From positions 1 through 12,276 of IMG/VR virus record IMGVR_UViG_3300038435_000048: DNA of 12,276 nt. One strand, given 5' to 3'. Shown in pieces: positions 1 to 6,860 of this stretch (position 1 is its first letter; every line of letters begins with the position of its first letter). The notes beneath the pieces are model-generated. The model made no database searches, was not told where the DNA came from, and was given only the letters and a program-made list of their open reading frames with translations. Origin of the DNA: a virus (taxonomy: Duplodnaviria; Heunggongvirae; Uroviricota; Caudoviricetes). Made by a program: the position numbers and the translations under genes.

Positions 1-1
1 G

Positions 2-976
2 ATTTTGGACATGAACAATATCATAGAGCCGGTGACGCCGGGTAATGGCTGTCCATCTGGATTAGCTATGATGTCTCCATGGACATTCACAAACATGTGG
101 GTACGTTATGCTGAGATGGAACCATTCGATTGTGTACTGGCAACTCCAGGCACAACAGTAACAAAGACGTGGGCCACTAGTGCATTTTTAATTCGTGCGT
201 CGCCCGACAATATTTATCGTGGTCACAACGATTTTCAAAGATCGATTACTGCCGTTTCTGGACAAGTAGTTGTAGCCAAGTACAATGATGACTTGGATTT
301 TGTTACAGCCATTACGTCTACATCTGATGGTGCCGCATTCGGTATTCCAGATCAATTTCCGTTTGGCACAAGTAGTATAGTTAAGATTGAAGACATTTGG
401 CACGACCCTATTAATGATGAATTTTGGGTTTCCAACGACCGTCAGGTCGGAATCGATATGTGGAAGTTTGATGGCAACTTCAAGTACATAAATAAGTATG
501 GGTTCAATTTCCCATCCGGTATTTTTGGTGCTCGTGGCGTTTTCATCAATGGGCAACATTTTTTCTACAATGGTACATTTAGCACGAGCGGTCCCGATAT
601 TATTGGCAGTGGTATCTATCCCGTCCACATTCTTTCTGAAGGCACAGAGCCGTTTAGTGGCGATGCCACCCTTCCAGGAATTGGCGAAGGATACATTGAT
701 CCTAACGAAGGCAAATTCATCAATGGTGCTCCATTCGTAGGTATTGCAAACTTTGGTGAAATTCTACACATCATTAATGTACCATCGTCTACGCACCTTA
801 CCCCTGGAGTATGGGCATTAGTTAGATGGCAATTTAGTGGTGGTAGTCAAGGAAACATCTATCTGGTGCGAATTGAAGAGACTGCTACTAACTGGGAGAT
901 TAGATCATTTGCAGTTATGACAGTTGGATTGCCAGCTCCATTTAGACGAAGACACATCCTATATATGGACTATTAG
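2..976 (+). CDS. Hypothetical beta-rich protein, probably the 3' part of a virion (tail/baseplate/receptor-binding) gene; probably 5'-truncated
   Basis: Frame is open from position 2 to TAG at 974-976; the first in-window ATG is at 11. The protein is rich in Gly, aromatic and beta-branched residues, with propeller-blade-like segments (IEDIWHDPINDEFWVSN, IDMWKFDGNFKYINKY). The function is inferred from composition and position only. Confidence 0.6.
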   Translation: MLDMNNIIEPVTPGNGCPSGLAMMSPWTFTNMWVRYAEMEPFDCVLATPGTTVTKTWATSAFLIRASPDNIYRGHNDFQRSITAVSGQVVVAKYNDDLDFVTAITSTSDGAAFGIPDQFPFGTSSIVKIEDIWHDPINDEFWVSNDRQVGIDMWKFDGNFKYINKYGFNFPSGIFGARGVFINGQHFFYNGTFSTSGPDIIGSGIYPVHILSEGTEPFSGDATLPGIGEGYIDPNEGKFINGAPFVGIANFGEILHIINVPSSTHLTPGVWALVRWQFSGGSQGNIYLVRIEETATNWEIRSFAVMTVGLPAPFRRRHILYMDY

Positions 977-1054
977 TGTATTCTATAAAGCGTTGGTAAT
1001 CGCCATAGCTGTGCCGGGCAGGACGTTCTCTTTCGAGATAGTCTCCCCTCACGT

Positions 1055-1060
1055 AGAGGA
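1055..1060 (+). promoter_or_regulatory. Shine-Dalgarno site (AGAGGA) of the 1067 gene
   Basis: AGAGGA, then a 6-nt A-rich spacer (ATAAAA), then ATG at 1067. Confidence 0.75.
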
Positions 1061-1066
1061 ATAAAA

Positions 1067-1726
1067 ATGGCAAGTGGAATTCGTTTTTTTGCATGCTCTG
1101 GAGCCATGGGTGGGACTCCATCAACACGAGCTACTCCTAATGTTGAGATCTTTAATCTCGAAGCTGGAGCAACAAACAACCCAAATCGTATGGGCTTCTT
1201 TGGATCGGCCGGTGCTCCGAATAGTGCCGTCATTGTTGGTCAGTATCAAGATCGTACTCACCGCTGCAATGAAAACGGTACCGATTTTGGTACCATGATC
1301 AATGTGAAGTTTACTGGTGCTAGTACTGCTAGTGTTTCCGGCGTACCATTTACAGCAGGTTTGCCCAATATTCCTCAAGCGTCTGGTACATTGCTGTGCC
1401 GCTTTACCGAGCCAAACAACACGGCCGTTATTACACAGAATGCGACATTCAGTGCTATTAACCTGACGGCTGGATCTGGTGCTCCTAATGTTGCGGATCT
1501 TGTGAGTGCTGGTATTCTGATCAAGGCTGCTCAGCTTGCGGACACGCAAGGCTTTGCTGGTAACGCCTCATGGCAGAACATCGATAGCACGGGATCGGCC
1601 TTGGCGTTGAATGCCCAGAACGGTACTGCTCACGTTCACGACTTCCACTTGATCGTAAGTGGTACCCCTACGGGTGCTGGTCGCAAGATCAACTTTGCCT
1701 ATTACATGCAGCTTGAGTACCTGTAA
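1067..1726 (+). CDS. Hypothetical 219-aa protein, probable virion structural protein
   Basis: Good RBS, ATG start and TAA stop. Rich in G/A/N/T/S with predicted beta character, and ends in a compact hydrophobic strand (FAYYMQLEYL). It is the last gene before a strong terminator. The structural role is inference. Confidence 0.7.
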   Translation: MASGIRFFACSGAMGGTPSTRATPNVEIFNLEAGATNNPNRMGFFGSAGAPNSAVIVGQYQDRTHRCNENGTDFGTMINVKFTGASTASVSGVPFTAGLPNIPQASGTLLCRFTEPNNTAVITQNATFSAINLTAGSGAPNVADLVSAGILIKAAQLADTQGFAGNASWQNIDSTGSALALNAQNGTAHVHDFHLIVSGTPTGAGRKINFAYYMQLEYL

Positions 1727-1760
1727 TCGGGCCATCTATCGGGCCAAAATGGCCTGATTA
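1724..1760. repeat. Three-copy motif: two direct copies of ATCGGGCCA (1726-1734, 1738-1746) and one inverted near-copy TGGCCTGAT (1750-1758)
   Basis: Read directly from TAATCGGGCCA-TCT-ATCGGGCCA-AAA-TGGCCTGATTA. Confidence 0.85.
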
Positions 1761-1767
1761 GTCTTTA

Positions 1768-1799
1768 CGAGGGCGGCGAAAAGCCGCCTTCGGTTTTTT
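1768..1799 (+). terminator. Rho-independent (intrinsic) terminator closing the upstream module
   Basis: 10-bp GC-rich stem CGAGGGCGGC (1768-1777) / GCCGCCTTCG (1783-1792) with one G-U pair, GAAAA loop, then G and six Ts (1794-1799). The minus-strand side has no T-tract, so it is probably unidirectional. Confidence 0.9.
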
Positions 1800-1819
1800 C
1801 CGCCACTTGCTTTCAGTCT

Positions 1820-1828
1820 TGTCATAAT
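1820..1828 (+). promoter_or_regulatory. Possible extended -10 promoter element (TG-T-CATAAT) for the replication operon
   Basis: TGn plus a 5/6 match to TATAAT, just downstream of the terminator where a new promoter is needed. There is no well-spaced -35, and it is only 3 nt from ATG 1832, so either the real start codon is further downstream (1865/1874) or this is not the promoter. Confidence 0.3.
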
Positions 1829-1831
1829 GAA

Positions 1832-2329
1832 ATGTCAACCGCTGTGCTGGTATCACCTGCGGATATGATAAACATGACATTAGCCTTTAGTTCGAAGCAT
1901 CCCTTTGTTCCTAACCCCTCCAAGGACTCCAAAGCGAGTCGCTGGATTGCCTCACTCTCAGACGGGACAACCGTTTTCGAGGACGTGACGCCGGGTGAAC
2001 GCTCGTCTTGGATTCGTCTCAGTGAGTATATCCAGACCCATAAGCTCAAAATCACAAATTTGAGACTTGAAGCGTACGGCCATCGTGTTATTTTGATGCC
2101 GTACAAGGATGAGCTTGGCAACCCTCAGATTAACGGCTACTGGCATTCCAAGAAGGCTGGAGCGTTACTCAATGCTGGGCCTATTAGCCAGCTTAATTGG
2201 AGCGGTATTGGTCTCGTGAAGGGTCGCGAGATACACGTTACCTGGGTGGATCAGCACGGTAACATCTCCTACGAAATAAAGCCGTATGTCGATGGCAATC
2301 TTGCCTGCATTGTGAACGATGCGGTATGA
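1832..2329 (+). CDS. Hypothetical protein, first gene of the replication operon (start could be 1832, 1865 or 1874)
   Basis: Globular-looking 165-aa ORF (WIASLSDGTTVFED...SSWIRL). Its TGA overlaps the next ATG (ATGA at 2326-2329). No recognisable family motif. Confidence 0.7.
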   Translation: MSTAVLVSPADMINMTLAFSSKHPFVPNPSKDSKASRWIASLSDGTTVFEDVTPGERSSWIRLSEYIQTHKLKITNLRLEAYGHRVILMPYKDELGNPQINGYWHSKKAGALLNAGPISQLNWSGIGLVKGREIHVTWVDQHGNISYEIKPYVDGNLACIVNDAV

Positions 2330-2763
2330 AGTACAAGTCCATCACAACGCCTGATGTAGAGCACGACGCAGCCAATGTTTTGGCAGAGATGACGTGGCTA
2401 AATCGAGATCTCGCCTCAGACATCTTTCCTTGGCGTGGCGATAACGGCAAAGAGTGGGGCAGGTTGGTTGCCGCCTTTAAAAAGCTAATGGGACCATCGT
2501 TTGGTCTATCTGCCGAACAGCTAGCTTTCTACGTTTTCAAGTGCAAACCTCATTACATCAATCCTCCCGAGTTCGCCAAGATGGCGGTCGTGGCACGCAA
2601 ACTGTTTAGACGATATGATCTACAAGAAGTATGTAGACTCTACTCCGATAAGCGTCGCGAGATCATGAAGCCTGGACTCGAAAAGGCATCGTACAAACAA
2701 GAGAAACCTAAGTCATTCCTGACATTTTTGAAGGAGCTAGAGCGTGGCGAAGTCCAAGATTGA
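2326..2763 (+). CDS. Hypothetical basic, mostly helical 145-aa protein upstream of recA
   Basis: ATGA overlap with the upstream gene and a 20-nt overlap with the recA start. K/R-rich C-terminal half. No recognisable family motif. Confidence 0.75.
   Translation: MKYKSITTPDVEHDAANVLAEMTWLNRDLASDIFPWRGDNGKEWGRLVAAFKKLMGPSFGLSAEQLAFYVFKCKPHYINPPEFAKMAVVARKLFRRYDLQEVCRLYSDKRREIMKPGLEKASYKQEKPKSFLTFLKELERGEVQD
2731..2736 (+). promoter_or_regulatory. Shine-Dalgarno site (AAGGAG) supporting the GTG start of recA
   Basis: AAGGAG lies 7 nt upstream of GTG at 2744. Confidence 0.75.
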
Positions 2764-3922
2764 AAAAGTAGAAGATCAACCAAAGAGCACTGATCCGGTG
2801 TCATTCGGTTTCTTTAGCCAAGAGGTCGCCAATGAAGCGGAAGGCGTTCGTGTTATGTCTGCCGCTTTCATGGAAGACCCGAATCCAAACTATAGTGGTT
2901 CGTATAGTCTCGACTATGACCTGACAACTCCATTTCCAGAGGGTCGTATCATCGAGATCTACGGAGCGGAAGGTACTTGTAAGACGACCCTCAGCTTGGA
3001 AGTAGCAGGACAGGCTATCAAGCGTGGTAAGATCGTGCTCTACGTCAACATGGAGAAGAACCTCAATCCTTCTCTTATGCGTACGATCCGCACCTTGCGA
3101 GACGTGATTGATTTGGCTGTAGCCAATGCTGGTAAGAAGAACTCTGACTGTCCGCTGTGGATTGTTAATGCTACGAATGGCGAGCAAGCACTTGAAGCCA
3201 TGCGTAAGTTCTGCGAGCTTGTGCCGGGCGGTGTTGCGATCCTTGATTCGATTGATGCTTCGCAACCAGAAGCAGTTTTGGCTGGCGAGATTGGAGAAAA
3301 CAAGGTTGGTAATCTAGCTAAGTTGATGTCGGATGCCATGCGTAAACTCGTTGGCGTGGCAGAGGCCAACAAGACGACGCTCATTTTCATCAATCAGATT
3401 CGTGATAAGATCACGATGTATGGTGATCCAACTGAACCACCGGGCGGCAAGGCGTTGCGTTTCTATGCTTCACAACGCATTCAGTTGAAGAAGCCACGCA
3501 AGGATGACTTTATTACACTCAAGGAAGGTGAGCGTATTGGCGTCATTATTCGCTACACTATCATCAAGAATAAGTTTGCTCCAGACGGTAACGAGGGTGT
3601 GTTCCCCATTCTCTTCAAGAATGGTATTTTCCGTGAGCAAGAATTGGTCACGCAGTGTTGTAACTTTGGTATTCTACGTTTGGGTGGTAAGGGTGGTAAG
3701 CAAGTTTATCTTCCGAAGCTTGATCGTACCACTGGCGAATTTGCCAAGAAGGACGCTACAGAACTAGACGGTACGTGGATGACACAATTCAATGCATCAC
3801 GCAAGTTGTTGCTAGATCCAGTTCTGACAGCTAAACTTGATTCAGAACTAAAGACGATGTTAAAGGCTGGACGCCAAGATGTCGTAGATACGTTTGTCGA
3901 TGAAGTTCAAGACGCTGAGTAA
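2744..3922 (+). CDS. recA: RecA-family recombinase (divergent, phage type)
   Basis: SGSYSLD...GRIIEIYGAEGTCKTTL (Walker A region), YVNMEK (catalytic Glu), GEQALE, ILDS (Walker B), IFINQIRDKI, GGKALRFYASQR (RecA signature), IIKNKFAP, a RecA C-terminal-like domain and an acidic tail. GTG start with a strong SD. Confidence 0.95.
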   Translation: MAKSKIEKVEDQPKSTDPVSFGFFSQEVANEAEGVRVMSAAFMEDPNPNYSGSYSLDYDLTTPFPEGRIIEIYGAEGTCKTTLSLEVAGQAIKRGKIVLYVNMEKNLNPSLMRTIRTLRDVIDLAVANAGKKNSDCPLWIVNATNGEQALEAMRKFCELVPGGVAILDSIDASQPEAVLAGEIGENKVGNLAKLMSDAMRKLVGVAEANKTTLIFINQIRDKITMYGDPTEPPGGKALRFYASQRIQLKKPRKDDFITLKEGERIGVIIRYTIIKNKFAPDGNEGVFPILFKNGIFREQELVTQCCNFGILRLGGKGGKQVYLPKLDRTTGEFAKKDATELDGTWMTQFNASRKLLLDPVLTAKLDSELKTMLKAGRQDVVDTFVDEVQDAE

Positions 3923-4319
3923 TCGAGAAGTGAGACTAGAGATCTTGCCTAGCCGATATCCGGTGCGGTCAAGATCTCAGTCTAAGTCTATAGGACAATA
4001 CAACCTAGGACGGACACTACGTGCGATCTATGGCATGCAAGCTGTGATCTTAGAAGAATTTCCATTACCAGAAGAGCGACTGGTTCTTGATTTCTATATG
4101 CCGCATCATTCGCTTGCGTTTGAGTTTCATGGCATACAACACGATAAATTCAATAAGTTCTTCCATGGTGACAAAGGTGGATTTGAGCGTTCCCAGGTGC
4201 GTGACCAACGCAAGAAAGAATGGTGTATAATTAATGATATCATTCTAGTTGAGGTACGCGACACACTATCTACCGAACAACTCAAAGATTTGATTCAATC
4301 GTATCGAGCGGAACAATGA
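3900..4319 (+). CDS. DUF559/Vsr-like (restriction-endonuclease-fold) nuclease
   Basis: LEEF...LDFY...LAFEFHGIQH...RDQRKKEWC..NDIILVEV matches the D...ExxGxxH...RD pattern of DUF559/very-short-patch-type nucleases. ATG at 3900 is preferred over TTG at 3894. It overlaps the recA stop and shares ATGA with dnaB. Confidence 0.75.
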   Translation: MKFKTLSNREVRLEILPSRYPVRSRSQSKSIGQYNLGRTLRAIYGMQAVILEEFPLPEERLVLDFYMPHHSLAFEFHGIQHDKFNKFFHGDKGGFERSQVRDQRKKEWCIINDIILVEVRDTLSTEQLKDLIQSYRAEQ

Positions 4320-5821
4320 CTAATATTGCAGCAGAAAAAGTCTTCCTAGCGGGCGTTATCACACGCCCAATGAAGCTGTTTGACTATCTAGATTATCTAG
4401 ACGAGAATGACTTTCAGCATTCTGCTACGAAGATAACTTTTGAGGCGTTGCGATCTCTTGTGATGAACAAGGAATCCAACAATATTACTAAGTCCAAATT
4501 GGTAGCCGAAGCTAAGGCACTTGGGCATCAGAACTATTTGTCAGTCACTAAAGATGGCAAATGGATCGATGAGTTGTATACGGAGAAGGTTGAGGAGCAT
4601 GAACTCACCGAACTCTTTTTGGAAATCAAGCGTCAAACTCTAAAAGAGAATTACAAGCGTGCGTTTGATGAGACTAACAATTATCTGACTACTACATCCG
4701 ATCCTCTATCTGTCATGATTGGCAAGGTCGAGGATGCAATCATTAGTCAGGTCAATACGCTTGATCGTGGCGAGAATGCTCCGGTACTTTTGACCAAAGG
4801 TATCTGGGAGTTTATTGATGAGCTAGCTTCGGATCCTGGCAATCTTGGTATCGATCTTGGCTTCCCGGTATGGCAAGATCGTGTTGGTCAATTCCGCAAC
4901 GGCTCTGTGACTTTTGTAGTTGCGACGGCCAAGGCGGGTAAGTCTCAGTTCGCTTTGCGTGCAGCTTTGAATACGGCTCGCAAGGGATTGCCGGTTTTGT
5001 TGTGTGATAGCGAACTGAATAAGAACGATCAGATGATTCGTCTCGTCGCTCTCATGGCTCGTGTACCATTCCAGTACATTGAGACTGGGTTCTGGAAGAT
5101 GACACCAGAACAATTGAAGTTTCATGGAGTGACAGATGAACAACAAATCTCCCACATTTTGGAGTGTGGACGCCGCCTTCGTGATCCTGAGTTACGCGAG
5201 CGGGTCTTGGCTTTACCCATTACATATCAATCCATTTCAGGTATGGACGTACCCGCCGTCGTTCCGCATCTACGTCGCTGGATCTTGAAAGATGTCAAGC
5301 CAGATCGCACGACAAAGAATGCACAATGCTTGGTGGTGTATGACTATATTAAGCTGGCGACTATTGAAGATCTCAAGTCTAATCGCAACATTGCTGAATG
5401 GCAGATGCACGGTATCAATGTAGCTACGCTACACGATACTATGAAGAAGTACAACATTCCTTGTTTGGCATTTGGTCAAACAAATAATGAGGTTGATGAG
5501 GGCATTCGGTGCGTGGCTGGAGGTAAGCGTATCAGTGAGAACGTAACCTCAGTAAGCTACTTGAAAAGAAAGTCCGATGATGAAAGAGCGTTTGATGGCA
5601 GTGGCTCGCACTATATACGAGTATTTGTTACCCGTTATGGTGCGGGTACTCCGATTGGTCACATCAATTTTGATGCAGATTTGAGTTGTGGCGATTTCAA
5701 GGAAATCGGTGTAAGCACAATCAACTTCAACGAAGAGAGACAGAAGAGACTAGACGAATACAAGAAGGGTCGCAATGCCGCCGCAAAGCGAAAGAATGAC
5801 GACGACGATGAAGATGAGTGA
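4316..5821 (+). CDS. dnaB: DnaB-like (SF4) replicative helicase
   Basis: N-terminal AEKVFLAGVI (DnaB_N-like), Walker A ATAKAGKS (4922-4945), catalytic Glu in CDSEL, Walker B LVVYDYIKL, FGQTNN (SQL-like motif), Arg finger in VTRYG (R at 5633), and an acidic tail DDDDEDE. Confidence 0.88.
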   Translation: MTNIAAEKVFLAGVITRPMKLFDYLDYLDENDFQHSATKITFEALRSLVMNKESNNITKSKLVAEAKALGHQNYLSVTKDGKWIDELYTEKVEEHELTELFLEIKRQTLKENYKRAFDETNNYLTTTSDPLSVMIGKVEDAIISQVNTLDRGENAPVLLTKGIWEFIDELASDPGNLGIDLGFPVWQDRVGQFRNGSVTFVVATAKAGKSQFALRAALNTARKGLPVLLCDSELNKNDQMIRLVALMARVPFQYIETGFWKMTPEQLKFHGVTDEQQISHILECGRRLRDPELRERVLALPITYQSISGMDVPAVVPHLRRWILKDVKPDRTTKNAQCLVVYDYIKLATIEDLKSNRNIAEWQMHGINVATLHDTMKKYNIPCLAFGQTNNEVDEGIRCVAGGKRISENVTSVSYLKRKSDDERAFDGSGSHYIRVFVTRYGAGTPIGHINFDADLSCGDFKEIGVSTINFNEERQKRLDEYKKGRNAAAKRKNDDDDEDE

Positions 5822-6860
5822 TAATGAAAAGAAGGCGTTGCGGAATCATGCCAACCGCAACATAACCTATCTGCTCGACAAGCTTGCGATCAGTTACACT
5901 GATCGTGGCGATGGGCTCATTCAATCATGCTGCAAGGCACAGCAGCACGGTGGAGACCGTGACAATACGACAGCGTTTAGTTGGCGTCCAGACATTGGCA
6001 AATGGGTATGCTGGACTCACCATTGTGAAGAGACTCGTGGTAATGATATCTTTGGTTTAGTTAGTAGTGTGCTTGGCACCAACTTTACAGCTACCGCTAA
6101 GTGGATTCACGAACGCTTGCAAGAGAAAAGTGTTGATGTTTCACAAGACACCGCCCCGCCAGAGAACTTGTATCGTGGCACAGCCCTTCACACGCATGAA
6201 CCACTCAAGGAAGACAATCTCCGCTTCTTGCAGATGGATCCTGAGTACTTGATTCGTCGTGGATTCAGCAAGGAAGTTTTGCGTGACTATCAAGCTGGTC
6301 TATGGCAACGTCCTGGCACCTTCATGAACGATCGTGTTGTATTTCCGATTCGGGATCATGATGGCTTCTTGGTTGGCTATACTGGCCGCACCATCCATTC
6401 CGAGCAATACTTCACTGAGAAGGGTATTGAGTATCGCAAGTGGATCCATGGTCGCAACTTTAATCTCTATCCCAAGCGTGGCGAACTTCTAATCAGTTCC
6501 CTTCTCTTCAATCTCAATAGAGCAAAGCGATACATGGGACAGCAGAAAAAGATGATTGTGGTGGAAGGGCCGCTTGACGGCATGAAGCTAGAGATGGCGG
6601 GCATCCACAATTGGGTTGCTACTTTAGGTACAACCTTCTGTGCAAACCACCGAACTCTACTTGTTAAGTACGGTGTAACAGATCTATATGTTGCATATGA
6701 TGACGACGAAAATCATGCAGGCGATAAAGGTCTCATGAGACTTCAACGAGTTGTGGGCGACATTTTCCACGTCCACAAGGTTGAACTGACAGACGCCCAT
6801 GATTGCGGCGATCTTCCGATCGAACAACTTCAACTCATTTTTAAGGGGATCGGATGCTAA
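5814..6860 (+). CDS. dnaG: DnaG-type DNA primase (CHC2-like Zn domain plus TOPRIM, no C-terminal helicase-binding domain)
   Basis: CCKAQQH...WVCWTHHC Zn-binding region, DRVVFPIRDHDGFLVGYTGR, TOPRIM IVVEGPLD (E at 6564) and YVAYDDD (6699-6707), and a terminal HDCGDL. The start is placed at ATG 5814 (ATGAGTGA overlap with the dnaB stop); 5808 is an alternative. Confidence 0.9.
   Translation: MSDNEKKALRNHANRNITYLLDKLAISYTDRGDGLIQSCCKAQQHGGDRDNTTAFSWRPDIGKWVCWTHHCEETRGNDIFGLVSSVLGTNFTATAKWIHERLQEKSVDVSQDTAPPENLYRGTALHTHEPLKEDNLRFLQMDPEYLIRRGFSKEVLRDYQAGLWQRPGTFMNDRVVFPIRDHDGFLVGYTGRTIHSEQYFTEKGIEYRKWIHGRNFNLYPKRGELLISSLLFNLNRAKRYMGQQKKMIVVEGPLDGMKLEMAGIHNWVATLGTTFCANHRTLLVKYGVTDLYVAYDDDENHAGDKGLMRLQRVVGDIFHVHKVELTDAHDCGDLPIEQLQLIFKGIGC

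Noticed and set aside
977-1020. Promoter-like TATAAA (984-989) and interrupted palindrome TGCC-G-GGCA (1012-1020)
   Set aside because: No matching -35 or extended -10 element, and a 4-bp-arm palindrome is expected by chance; no second copy was noticed.
1819-1869. Alternative sigma70 elements TTGTCA (1819-1824) and TATGAT (1864-1869)
   Set aside because: Each is a 5/6 match, but neither has a partner hexamer at 16-18 nt spacing.
5775-5821. Programmed frameshift fusing helicase to primase, or a GAC microsatellite at the junction
   Set aside because: No slippery heptamer or downstream structure is evident. The GAC/GAT run simply encodes the acidic tail, and the ATGAGTGA overlap explains the coupling.
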